From Actinomycetes bacterium (lineage in GTDB: Bacteria; Actinomycetota; Actinomycetes; Nanopelagicales; Nanopelagicaceae), in NCBI GenBank assembly GCA_041303595.1, contig JBFYOW010000001.1:1-51477 (forward strand): DNA of 51,477 bases, given 5' to 3'. Every line of letters begins with the position of its first letter. The stretch's first letter is position 1. The notes under the pieces were generated by a model. The model was not told the origin of the DNA. It saw only the letters and a program-made list of their open reading frames with translations, and did not search any database. The translations under genes and the position numbers were made by a program. Shown here piece after piece: positions 11,138 through 19,968 of the stretch.

Positions 11138-12000
11138 CGCATCAATGCTGCTATTTTGGCAGCCTCTAATGCAATATCAGCAGAGGCGATTGAGCAACGA
11201 GCCCCTAATAATCTTTGTAGCTCATCTGCCACGGCTTTGATACCTGAGATACCACCAGCAAACTTAACCTCTAATTTCTCGCACCCAGTAATCTCTTCGG
11301 TGCGATAGACAAGCTCGGATAGATGTCTCGCACTCTCCTTAATGATTGCTATCGCTGTGGAATCACCAAACCCTGCGCTCTCTGCAACAACTTTGCTCAG
11401 AGCTGCTATCTCTCCACGGTCTTTGCCGTAGACAAAGCTTTTCACCCCGCTCCAATCATCTGCCTTGATTGCATCGAGAACCATCGACTCGAGGCTCTTT
11501 GCTTCGGGGTGAACCTGACCATCAATAAAGAGCATCGCTGCACGGATTGCTTCACGGCCGATCCAATAGCCAGCACCCTCATCTCCTAAGAGATAACCCC
11601 AACCACCAATACGAAATGGTTTTCCATCTTTTCCTAAAGTGAATGCAACGGAGCCTGTTCCGGCATAGATCAATACCCCTTGAGTGTCACCAAAGTTCGC
11701 CCGATAAGCGAGTTCGATATCTGAAGTAACACTAACTGGCGCTGAAAATTCTTCACCAAAGTGCTTACTAAAATCGCTCTCTTCGGAGTAACCGGTAATG
11801 CCCATGAATATCTGCTCTATCTTGAACTTCACTGTGGCATCTGAGATTCCATGAATGACCTCGTGCAGGCGAACGACAGATTCCTCTCGATAGAGGTGGG
11901 CATCCATCGCTAACTCTTGGCCTGAAGCAAGAACTTTCTCGCCATCATAGACGGTCCACTTTGTTGCAGATGCACCAGCATCAATACCGAGGAATGCCAC
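11134..12000 (-). CDS. BadF/BadG/BcrA/BcrD-family sugar kinase (GlcNAc/MurNAc kinase-like)
   Basis: GIDAGASATK, IYAGTGSVA, RIGGWGYLLGDEGAGYWIG; sits in the murQ cluster. Confidence 0.85.
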   Translation of the reverse strand: MAFLGIDAGASATKWTVYDGEKVLASGQELAMDAHLYREESVVRLHEVIHGISDATVKFKIEQIFMGITGYSEESDFSKHFGEEFSAPVSVTSDIELAYRANFGDTQGVLIYAGTGSVAFTLGKDGKPFRIGGWGYLLGDEGAGYWIGREAIRAAMLFIDGQVHPEAKSLESMVLDAIKADDWSGVKSFVYGKDRGEIAALSKVVAESAGFGDSTAIAIIKESARHLSELVYRTEEITGCEKLEVKFAGGISGIKAVADELQRLLGARCSIASADIALEAAKIAALMR

Positions 12001-12003
12001 GCC

Positions 12004-12831
12004 TTAGCCTTTCACAGCTCCAGCAGTTAAGCCTTTTATGAATTGCTCTGAAAGAACGAGATAAAGGGCAATCAAAGGCAGCGCTGCCATGGTCAGCCCT
12101 GCAAAGAGAACTCCCCACTGGGATGCATACTGGCCGAAGAAGACTGTCAAACCCTGCATGATTGTCTTATTCTCTGGGCTTTGTAAGAATACCAAAGGTA
12201 GGAAGAAGTCATTCCAGATCGGAATCGCAGAGTAGATAGCAACGATTGCTAAGCCTGGTCGAACAAGTGGTGTTAAGACAATGCGCAGCAACTGGAACTC
12301 AGAAGCGCCATCAATGCGCGCTGCATTATCAAGATCACCTGGTAGCGCCTTAAAGAAGCCGGACATAATGAAGATTGCTGCAGGGAGCGCACCTGATGTG
12401 TAAACAAGAATCAAACCAAGATGTGAATCGAGCAAGTGCATCCACTTCAATTGGATGAAGAGCGGAAGAATTGCCAATTTCGCTGGGACTAACATGCCAG
12501 TGAGAACGAATCCATAGATTAGTCCGTTGCCTTTAAAGCTGTAACGGCCTAGTACAAAACCTGCGCCTAGTGCAAGAATTACGGTAAGGAGAAGGGCTCC
12601 ACCTGTCACAACGATTGAGTTCTTGAGGTAGGTAGCAAATGCACCATCAGACCAAACATCTTTAAAGTTCTCCCACTGTGGATCGCGTGCCAACATAAAT
12701 GGGTTGCTAGCAAAACTACTATCTTCACGAAGAGCAGAGTTAAAGAGAAAGAAGACAGGCGCTAGGACCATAAAGGCATTGAATATTAGGACTGCTCTAA
12801 AGAAGAGTTTCGATGACAATGCCGCTATCAC
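12004..12831 (-). CDS. Carbohydrate ABC transporter permease (MalG-like)
   Basis: EAA-like loop DLDNAARIDGASEF, WNDFFLPL, multiple TM helices. Confidence 0.92.
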   Translation of the reverse strand: MIAALSSKLFFRAVLIFNAFMVLAPVFFLFNSALREDSSFASNPFMLARDPQWENFKDVWSDGAFATYLKNSIVVTGGALLLTVILALGAGFVLGRYSFKGNGLIYGFVLTGMLVPAKLAILPLFIQLKWMHLLDSHLGLILVYTSGALPAAIFIMSGFFKALPGDLDNAARIDGASEFQLLRIVLTPLVRPGLAIVAIYSAIPIWNDFFLPLVFLQSPENKTIMQGLTVFFGQYASQWGVLFAGLTMAALPLIALYLVLSEQFIKGLTAGAVKG

Positions 12832-13748
12832 TGTTCTACCTCACGCTTACGCATAATATTTGAGCCAAAGTAGGCTCCTAATCCAACAATTGTAAAGATC
12901 AGTACGCCGAGGGCAGAGCCAACTCCGACGTTATTTGCACCGGAATCAACCGTTCCAAAAGATAAGCGGTAGAACATCAGCGCCAAAGTATCGGTTGCAC
13001 CCGCTGGATTTCCATTTGAGCCACCAAGAACAAAGGGAAGATCAAACCATTCGAATGCTCCAATAAAAGTCAGAATGGTAATAATTGTCATTGATGGTGC
13101 AAGGAGGGGGAACATAATTTTTCGGAAGATCTGGCCTTCAGATGCTCCGTCTAGACGTGCAGCCTCAATATATTCAGAGCTAATCGCATTGAGTCCTGCA
13201 AGGAAGATGATTGCTGGGAATCCAACCCATCGCCATAAGTTGATAAAGACCAATGTTGGCAATGCAGTATCAGTGCTTCCAAGCCAAGGCAAAGCTAGAT
13301 TCTCAAATCCGCTATCGGTCAGAATTTTATTAATTGGTCCGTAGTATGGATCGAGGAGCACCTGCCACATATATCCAACGACGACTAGTGAGAAGATCAC
13401 GGGCAAGAAGGTGACGGTGCGAAAGAAGCGTTGTCCTCTTACTATTGTAAAGAGTGAATAAGCGATAAGAAGTCCGAGCGTAGTCTGCAAAATATAGATT
13501 GCAATAAATACAAGGACGTTATGGCGCAGTGCATTGAGCAACTGATCTTTAAATGGATATTCCATTAAACGTTGAAAATTTTCAAAGCCTGCGAAATCTA
13601 AACGCACAAAACCTTCCCAACGAAAGAATGCATAACTCAGAGTTGTGAGGGCAGGAATTGTGGTAAAGGTGAGAATCGCCAAGAGCGCGGGTGCAAGCAA
13701 CAGAAAGATGTACTTCTGCTGCTGTTTTTTCAATCCACCAGCTGCCAT
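12828..13748 (-). CDS. Carbohydrate ABC transporter permease (MalF-like)
   Basis: EYIEAARLDGASEGQIF EAA loop; GFENF; TM helices. Confidence 0.92.
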   Translation of the reverse strand: MAAGGLKKQQQKYIFLLLAPALLAILTFTTIPALTTLSYAFFRWEGFVRLDFAGFENFQRLMEYPFKDQLLNALRHNVLVFIAIYILQTTLGLLIAYSLFTIVRGQRFFRTVTFLPVIFSLVVVGYMWQVLLDPYYGPINKILTDSGFENLALPWLGSTDTALPTLVFINLWRWVGFPAIIFLAGLNAISSEYIEAARLDGASEGQIFRKIMFPLLAPSMTIITILTFIGAFEWFDLPFVLGGSNGNPAGATDTLALMFYRLSFGTVDSGANNVGVGSALGVLIFTIVGLGAYFGSNIMRKREVEQ

Positions 13749-13804
13749 TTTCTACCTTTTCCTCATTCTGTGAGTGTGACCTGTAATTTTTAACTGTGAT
13801 GGGC

Positions 13805-13850
13805 AAGAGTGAAGCTGGGCGCACTTGAATTAGTGCGCCCAGCCGCTCTT
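13805..13850 (-). terminator. Intercistronic stem-loop after the binding-protein gene (partial terminator or mRNA stabiliser)
   Basis: GCTGGGCGCACT (13814-13825) / AGTGCGCCCAGC (13832-13843), extended by AAGAG/CTCTT. Confidence 0.7.
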
Positions 13851-13855
13851 ATTTC

Positions 13856-15139
13856 TTAGGACTTACCTTTTTGCTTGTCGTACCAGCTAGCAACTGCTGT
13901 CTGGACATCCTTTGCAAGCGCAGCAGGGGTTATAGCCCCTGTGATGAGCTTCTGGAAGCCTGGTTGCAAGATGGTTGAACTTGTTGGGTTCTCGTAACGG
14001 AATCCAACGACATTCGCAAATGGCGTTCCGAACGTAGTGCGGTACTTGTTGATTTTTGAGACAACTGGGTCTGTGATCTTTACAAGTGGGGCAGTTGGGA
14101 TGAATGCAATCTCATCCGCCATTGCCTGACCGAAATCCTTAGATGCAAGGAAGTTAATCAACTTGATTGAAGCTGCCTTTTTATCGGTCTTAGCGTTGAC
14201 ACCAAATGCACCGTCAGCCCATGTACCTACGTACTTAGCTGAGCCAGTTGCCTTTGATGGTGCTGGCATCCACTCGACTGGAAGTGATCCGTTGAGTGAG
14301 CGGAAGTATCCAAGCTCATAGTTACCACCAATGTAGAACGCAGCTTTTTCATTTGCAAAGAGTCCACGTGCTGTGTTGTAGTCGATACCTTCAAAGCCCT
14401 TTGGCATGTAAGGAACGAGATCCTTAACTGCCTGAAGTGATGCAACGTATGCACGATCTGTAAATGTCTTCTTACCTGCTACGAGATCATTGAAGAACTG
14501 TGTTCCACCATAGAATGTTGGACCAACTGTTGCGTGGAGCTGCTCGAGAGCAGGACCGTTACCGCCAGCGTTACCCAAAGGCATGATTCCGGCTGCTGCA
14601 ACCTTCTTAAATGCTGCAAGCAACTGTGCCCAAGTTGAAGGGAGTGCGCCAACGCCAGCCTTCTCGAGAAGCTCTGGGTTGTAGAAAATACCCATTGCAG
14701 ATACTGCATACGGATATCCGTATTGCTTCTTATCCTTGTAACCCTGTGCACCAGCAAGAATTCCTGATGAGAGCTTTCCAAGAGCAGGGACATCCTTCGT
14801 TGTAAGTGCTAGGAAGTTGCCAGCATCTGACAAGTTTGCCATTCCGCCGTATGGGCGAATCTGCATTACATCTGGGCCCTTACCTGCTGTAAGAGCTGTC
14901 GCGAGAATTGCGTTGTATTCAGTGTTGAGGTACGGAGTGAACTTCACCTTGATACCTGTCTTGGCTTCGAACTTTTCTAGTTGTGATTCGTAGAAAGCCT
15001 TATCTTCTGTACGCCAGCTCCAGAAAGTGATTTCTGTGGCTGCATTTGCTGACTGCGTGCTAATTGCTGGTACAACGATTGCTGATACAGCAACTGCTGA
15101 AGCAAGCAGACCGCGAAGAGTGCGTGATGCGATCTTCAA
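13856..15139 (-). CDS. Sugar ABC transporter extracellular solute-binding protein
   Basis: Signal peptide ending SANA-A; ITFWSW, AGKGPDVMQ, GIFYNPELLEKAG; TTG start right after murR stop with AGAGGAGG SD. Confidence 0.92.
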   Translation of the reverse strand: MKIASRTLRGLLASAVAVSAIVVPAISTQSANAATEITFWSWRTEDKAFYESQLEKFEAKTGIKVKFTPYLNTEYNAILATALTAGKGPDVMQIRPYGGMANLSDAGNFLALTTKDVPALGKLSSGILAGAQGYKDKKQYGYPYAVSAMGIFYNPELLEKAGVGALPSTWAQLLAAFKKVAAAGIMPLGNAGGNGPALEQLHATVGPTFYGGTQFFNDLVAGKKTFTDRAYVASLQAVKDLVPYMPKGFEGIDYNTARGLFANEKAAFYIGGNYELGYFRSLNGSLPVEWMPAPSKATGSAKYVGTWADGAFGVNAKTDKKAASIKLINFLASKDFGQAMADEIAFIPTAPLVKITDPVVSKINKYRTTFGTPFANVVGFRYENPTSSTILQPGFQKLITGAITPAALAKDVQTAVASWYDKQKGKS

Positions 15140-16102
15140 TTAATTTCCTCCTCTAGAGCGGACCTTGGTTTGTACTGATGATGCCTTCTGAGCATCGTTT
15201 GCTTTTATTCCAGAACGTGCACCAATTGCACCTCTAGATTCATCCAGAGCAGATTTTGTTCCGCTCCAGTTTCTTTGTGCCAAAGCAACACAAAGACAAT
15301 CGACCACCGTTAGCTGAGCGATACGACTCGCCGTTGCTCCGCTTCGGAAGGTGGTTTCCCGAGCGGATGTATGTAGAACGATATCTGCAAGAACTGTCGC
15401 GGTTCCACGAAGGCTATTTGTAATTAAAATAATTGTGATTCCGCGATTTTTAAACTCCTGCATCACATCAACAACGTCAAGAGTTGTTCCACTATGACTG
15501 ATTGCAACAAGGCAATCTCCAGGCTTTAACATCGAGACCGATGTCAGCGCAGTATGTGCATCAGACCAGGCAAGCGCATTCTTTCCTTGGCGATTTAATT
15601 TCAACTGAAGATCGAGAGCTACAAATCCACTTGATGCTAATCCAAAGATTCCAATCATCTTTGCGCCATCCCACGCCGATACTGCACGGTTAAAACTTTC
15701 AACATCTAAACGCTCTGCCGTGGTTTGTATAGCGAGTGCATCTGACGCAGAAATCTTACGAATGATTTCAGCAGGCGAATCATCAACTGTGATTCCGCTA
15801 TCTAACTCTTGGTGGACTTTATTACTCAAACCGAGACGGCTGACTTCGCCGACAAGTGCCATTCTAAATTCTGGATAACCTTTAAATCCCATCGCCTTAC
15901 TAAAACGAACAATCGATGCGACGGATGTCTCGCTGTGCTCTGCGAGATCTGAGATCTTCATCTGTGCAACGCGAAATGGATCGCTGATTACTGCGGTTGC
16001 AATTGCAGCTTCGCTGGCATGAAAAGAGCTAAATGAATTCTTAATCTCCCCAAGGAGGTCTGAGACAGGGTTACCCTGCAACGCAGTTGCGCGCTTTGCC
16101 AT
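15140..16102 (-). CDS. murR: MurR/RpiR-family transcriptional regulator (HTH + SIS)
   Basis: SETSVASIVRFSKAMGFKGYPEFR HTH; ISHSGTT; SRIAQLTVVDCL; adjacent to murQ. Confidence 0.88.
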   Translation of the reverse strand: MAKRATALQGNPVSDLLGEIKNSFSSFHASEAAIATAVISDPFRVAQMKISDLAEHSETSVASIVRFSKAMGFKGYPEFRMALVGEVSRLGLSNKVHQELDSGITVDDSPAEIIRKISASDALAIQTTAERLDVESFNRAVSAWDGAKMIGIFGLASSGFVALDLQLKLNRQGKNALAWSDAHTALTSVSMLKPGDCLVAISHSGTTLDVVDVMQEFKNRGITIILITNSLRGTATVLADIVLHTSARETTFRSGATASRIAQLTVVDCLCVALAQRNWSGTKSALDESRGAIGARSGIKANDAQKASSVQTKVRSRGGN

Positions 16103-16121
16103 CTCTCACCTCTGCCCTTCA

Positions 16122-16136
16122 TGAAACTTAGTTTCA
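16122..16136. promoter_or_regulatory. Candidate MurR operator TGAAAC-TTA-GTTTCA
   Basis: Perfect 6-3-6 palindrome between the predicted promoter and the murR start. Confidence 0.6.
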
Positions 16137-16156
16137 GGAATAAGTAACGTTGGTGA

Positions 16157-16185
16157 AAACTATCGCCCTATATGAGCGTGGTCAA
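16157..16185 (-). promoter_or_regulatory. Sigma70/HrdB-type promoter for murR-SBP-permease-kinase-dld operon
   Basis: TTGACC-17 nt-TAGTTT on the minus strand. Confidence 0.7.
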
Positions 16186-16198
16186 GGGTATTCGCAGG

Positions 16199-17113
16199 TT
16201 ATTTATCGTTATTGAGCGCTTCGCGAATTCGGTTCGATGAAGCGCTCAGACGCTCTGCCGCCGATGGAGCATCGATATGGAGGAGGAGCATCAAGATTGC
16301 GACCTTTACTTGATGACCTGAATCAATCAACGCCTGCTTCGCATCGGTAGAGGTAGATCCTGTCGCCTTACAGATAATGCGAACTGCGCGATCTTGTAAC
16401 TTTTCGTTACTGATTTGTAGGTCGACCATGAGATTTCCAAAGGTTTTACCTAAGCGAACCATCGTCACTGTGGAAATCATATTGAGAACGAGCTTCTGTG
16501 CAGTTCCGGATTTCAAACGAGTTGATCCCGCAAGCAGTTCTGGTCCCGAGTCGATATCAATCGGATGTGTAGCAACCTTGCCAACGACCGAATCCGGATT
16601 ACATGAAATTGAAATTGTGAGAGCGCCAACTGAGTTTGCATACTCTAAGCCGCCAACGACATATGGTGTGCGTCCGCTTGCTGCAATTCCAACAACTGTA
16701 TCGAGGGCGCCAAGTGATATGGATTTTAAATCTGCAACGGACAGTTCTGGATTATCTTCCGCACCTTCAGCTGGCTTGCGAAGTGCTTTCTCGCCACCTG
16801 CAATAAATGCGATTACTTCATCATCGCCGACTGAAAATGTGGGACCGCACTCGGCTGCGTCAAGAACTCCAAGGCGACCTGAAGTTCCCGCTCCGATATA
16901 AATCAATCGACCACCACGGATCATGCGATCAACGACGCCATCGATTGCATTTTCTATTGCCGGCAAGACAGCAGCGACCGCTTTTGGTACCTCAGCATCA
17001 TTTTCGTTCATTGCCTGAAGTAATTCGGAGACTGACATCGCATCAAGCATCTCGTACTTCGCATCAACCTGTTCGGTGCGAAGTAAGCCAAGATCGTTGC
17101 GATGCATGTTCAT
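16199..17113 (-). CDS. murQ: N-acetylmuramic acid 6-phosphate etherase
   Basis: GAGTSGRLGVLDAAECGPTF, EGAED, GIAASGRTPYV, GSTRLKSGTAQKLVLNMIST. Start re-called to ATG 17113 (GGAAAGGG SD) instead of 17206. Confidence 0.95.
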   Translation of the reverse strand: MNMHRNDLGLLRTEQVDAKYEMLDAMSVSELLQAMNENDAEVPKAVAAVLPAIENAIDGVVDRMIRGGRLIYIGAGTSGRLGVLDAAECGPTFSVGDDEVIAFIAGGEKALRKPAEGAEDNPELSVADLKSISLGALDTVVGIAASGRTPYVVGGLEYANSVGALTISISCNPDSVVGKVATHPIDIDSGPELLAGSTRLKSGTAQKLVLNMISTVTMVRLGKTFGNLMVDLQISNEKLQDRAVRIICKATGSTSTDAKQALIDSGHQVKVAILMLLLHIDAPSAAERLSASSNRIREALNNDK

Positions 17114-17207
17114 GTCACCCTTTCCGAGATGAACAATAGAGACGAAATACTCAATGCGCAATAAGGCTATGGGTGACTCTACGAAAATGTTGTGAGAAGA
17201 TTGCAAA

Positions 17208-18242
17208 ATGAAGAAACTTGGTGCCGTTATGGAGCAGGAGATTTTCGAAACTCCTGCGGTTTATCAACGCCTACTTGCCGATCAATCGCAATTCACATCG
17301 TTAAAAAACCTAATATCTGAGCGTGAAATCCACACAATTCTTATCCTTGCACGAGGCACGTCAGATAACGCAGCCTTTTTTTTGAAATACTTGATTGAAA
17401 CTCAACTGGGATTACCGGTTGGACTCACCTCACCCTCCGCTGTTTCTGTATACGGTGCAGAACTCAAAGTTTCTGGCACGCTCGTTATTGCAATCAGCCA
17501 GAGCGGTCAATCACCCGACCTCGTGCAATTCGCACAAGCGGCAAAGGCGGGTGGTGCAACTCTCTTGACGATGGTCAATGCACCAGACTCGCCCCTCGAG
17601 CAGATTGCTGACTTTGCTATTCAACTCCTTGCCGGTGAAGAGATTGCCGTAGCTGCCACTAAATCATATTCGGCCCAACTTCTCGCCTCATATATCTTGG
17701 TGCAGAGCTGGGCAGGAAAGCCTTTGGCACTTGGCACACTTGCTGGTGAATCTCAACGCTTGATTGCCGCAATTGCTCAATTCCATCAGGTTGCTCATGC
17801 GATTGATCTCAGTAAGCAGATTGTGATCTTAGGTCGAGGATTTAGCTTCCCTAATGCAAAGGAAGCTGCCCTCAAATTGCAGGAGACCTCAAAAGTTCCT
17901 GTTCAAAGTTGGTCTATCGCCGATTACCTCCATGGCCCGATATCGGCTCTGACCCCAGAAGCGCAGGTAATAATTCTTGCTCCGGCACATATGCCACAAG
18001 AGCCCTTGCTGGAAGCAATCCAAAAGATCCGGCCCATCACCCGGCGAATCATTTGGTTAGGTCAAGGCGGATTAGTAGCTCCCGAAGATCTTCTGATTCC
18101 TGGTTCGAATTGCCCAGATGCTGTAACGGCTTCGATTGTCGATGCCATCTCTCTTCAATTATTGACCTTAGCAATTGCCCAGAACGCAGGCCTGGACCCA
18201 GATTCACCCGCTGGCTTATCAAAGGTAACGCTTACTCACTAA
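17208..18242 (+). CDS. Double-SIS-domain protein, probable isomerising glucosamine-6-phosphate deaminase (NagB-II/GlmD type)
   Basis: ARGTSDNAA, ISQSGQSPD, AVAATKSY, EAALKLQET, HGP, PAGLSKVTLT; GlmS C-terminal fold without a glutaminase domain. Confidence 0.85.
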   Translation: MKKLGAVMEQEIFETPAVYQRLLADQSQFTSLKNLISEREIHTILILARGTSDNAAFFLKYLIETQLGLPVGLTSPSAVSVYGAELKVSGTLVIAISQSGQSPDLVQFAQAAKAGGATLLTMVNAPDSPLEQIADFAIQLLAGEEIAVAATKSYSAQLLASYILVQSWAGKPLALGTLAGESQRLIAAIAQFHQVAHAIDLSKQIVILGRGFSFPNAKEAALKLQETSKVPVQSWSIADYLHGPISALTPEAQVIILAPAHMPQEPLLEAIQKIRPITRRIIWLGQGGLVAPEDLLIPGSNCPDAVTASIVDAISLQLLTLAIAQNAGLDPDSPAGLSKVTLTH

Positions 18243-18871
18243 CGAATTAAAGTTGGGACATCAAAGAGAGAATCTGCGATGTAATCGGCTTCGCGCAATG
18301 ACTCTTTTGGATGTGTTGTCTGCATCGCAATTACCTTGATTCCAGCCGCTTTTCCGCTCTTGATTCCAGCCGGGGCGTCCTCTAGAACAAGCACCTTATC
18401 TGCAGAAAGACCTAGGCGTTCAACTCCAAGTAGGTACGGATCAGGATGTGGCTTGCCTTTTACGACATCATCAAAGAAGACGCTCTTTGGTGGAAGAGTG
18501 AGACCAACAGAGTTTGCCCGTGATGTGCCTAAATCGCGAGTGCAAGATGTGACGATAAACCATTCGATTGAACACTCATCTAAGAATTGAAAAAGTTCTC
18601 GTGCTCCAGGAAGCAAGATGATGCCATCGGTATCATCAACTTCAAGGTCTTCAATCTTTTTTGCCCAGTGATTAATCTCTTTTTCATCACTCTCGGGTAG
18701 GAGACGCCTTAGTGATTGCTTTGAAGGTGAACCATGGAGGGATGGCAGGACATCTAACGATATCCCGATTTCGTTTAACACCGCGCTCCATGAACGCGTT
18801 ATTGCCGGAGTCGAGTCAATCAGAGTTCCATCTAAATCAAAGAGAACACCTTTAGTTTTTGAGAAAATCAT
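18239..18871 (-). CDS. HAD-IA family hydrolase, sugar-phosphatase-like
   Basis: LFDLDGTLIDS motif I, GKPHPDPY, VLEDAPAG. Start re-called to ATG 18871 (ATGA overlap with upstream stop). Confidence 0.88.
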   Translation of the reverse strand: MIFSKTKGVLFDLDGTLIDSTPAITRSWSAVLNEIGISLDVLPSLHGSPSKQSLRRLLPESDEKEINHWAKKIEDLEVDDTDGIILLPGARELFQFLDECSIEWFIVTSCTRDLGTSRANSVGLTLPPKSVFFDDVVKGKPHPDPYLLGVERLGLSADKVLVLEDAPAGIKSGKAAGIKVIAMQTTHPKESLREADYIADSLFDVPTLIR

Positions 18872-19962
18872 GCCTTCGGCAAGAGCCATGCACGGTTAGC
18901 TTCAAATGAGAAGGACGCCTTCTCACCAACTGCCAGAATCTCCGCTGGAGATGGATCTGATGTAGTTGCGACAATCTCGCCATTTGCCGTATCGATTGTG
19001 TACTCAACATGTTCGCCGTAATAAATGACAGTCTTCACTACGCCTTCGCCAGAGATTTTCCCTGCGATTGGTTGACGCGAGACTGTGATTGATTCAGGAC
19101 GGACCAGAAGAAGTGAATTACCTGCCTTGGCATCTACGTGCGCTGGCACAGTGAAAGTCTTTCCGAGGCTGGTTACATCAGCACTGCCATTTGCAGATGA
19201 TGAGATATCAGTAACTTTTAGGAAGTTTGATCGACCAATAAAGTCAGCAACGAATACGGAGTTCGGAGCCCGGTAAATATCTGTTGGAGTACCAACTTGC
19301 TGCACAATTGCATTTCGCATTACAACAATACGATCTGAGACGCTCATTGCTTCATCCTGATCGTGAGTAACAAAGATAGAGGTGATTCCAAGTCGCTGCT
19401 GGATACTGCGAATCTCAGCTCTCATCTGACCACGTAGCTTTGCATCAAGGTTAGAAAGTGGCTCATCGAAAAGAAGCACTTTTGGTTGAACAACCATCGC
19501 ACGAGCAAGAGCAACGCGCTGCTGTTGTCCACCTGAAAGCTGATTTGGCGCACGATTAGCGAGGTTATCAAGGCTCATTGATGCCAAGACATCAGTAACA
19601 CGCTTCTGAATTTCATCATTGCTCAGCTTTTGAACTTTAAGTCCATATGAAATATTCTCCGCGACAGTCATATGGGGGAAGAGTGCGTACGACTGGAAGA
19701 CCATTCCCATGGGACGCTTATCTGGCGTTAATGAAGATACATCTTTGCCATCAAGCAAAATTGATCCCGAAGTTGGTGTTTCAAAACCAGCAATCATGCG
19801 AAGAGTTGTGGTCTTTCCGCAACCAGATGGGCCGAGAAATGTAACAAATTCTCCTGGCTCGATTACGAGGTCGAGGTGATCGACAGCACGAACTACCTCT
19901 TGCCCCTTACCAAACTCTTTGACAAGGCCCTTGAGTTCTAAACGTCCTGATTTCATTTTCAT
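18868..19962 (-). CDS. ABC transporter ATP-binding protein (FbpC/AfuC/PotA family)
   Basis: GPSGCGKTT Walker A, LSGGQQQRVALARA, LLFDEPLSNLD, C-terminal TOBE-like region. Confidence 0.93.
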   Translation of the reverse strand: MKMKSGRLELKGLVKEFGKGQEVVRAVDHLDLVIEPGEFVTFLGPSGCGKTTTLRMIAGFETPTSGSILLDGKDVSSLTPDKRPMGMVFQSYALFPHMTVAENISYGLKVQKLSNDEIQKRVTDVLASMSLDNLANRAPNQLSGGQQQRVALARAMVVQPKVLLFDEPLSNLDAKLRGQMRAEIRSIQQRLGITSIFVTHDQDEAMSVSDRIVVMRNAIVQQVGTPTDIYRAPNSVFVADFIGRSNFLKVTDISSSANGSADVTSLGKTFTVPAHVDAKAGNSLLLVRPESITVSRQPIAGKISGEGVVKTVIYYGEHVEYTIDTANGEIVATTSDPSPAEILAVGEKASFSFEANRAWLLPKA

Positions 19963-19968
19963 ATCTCC

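Noticed and set aside
12004-15139. Sugar ABC transporter lacking its own ATPase
   Set aside because: Normal in Actinobacteria, which share an MsiK-type ATPase among sugar transporters.
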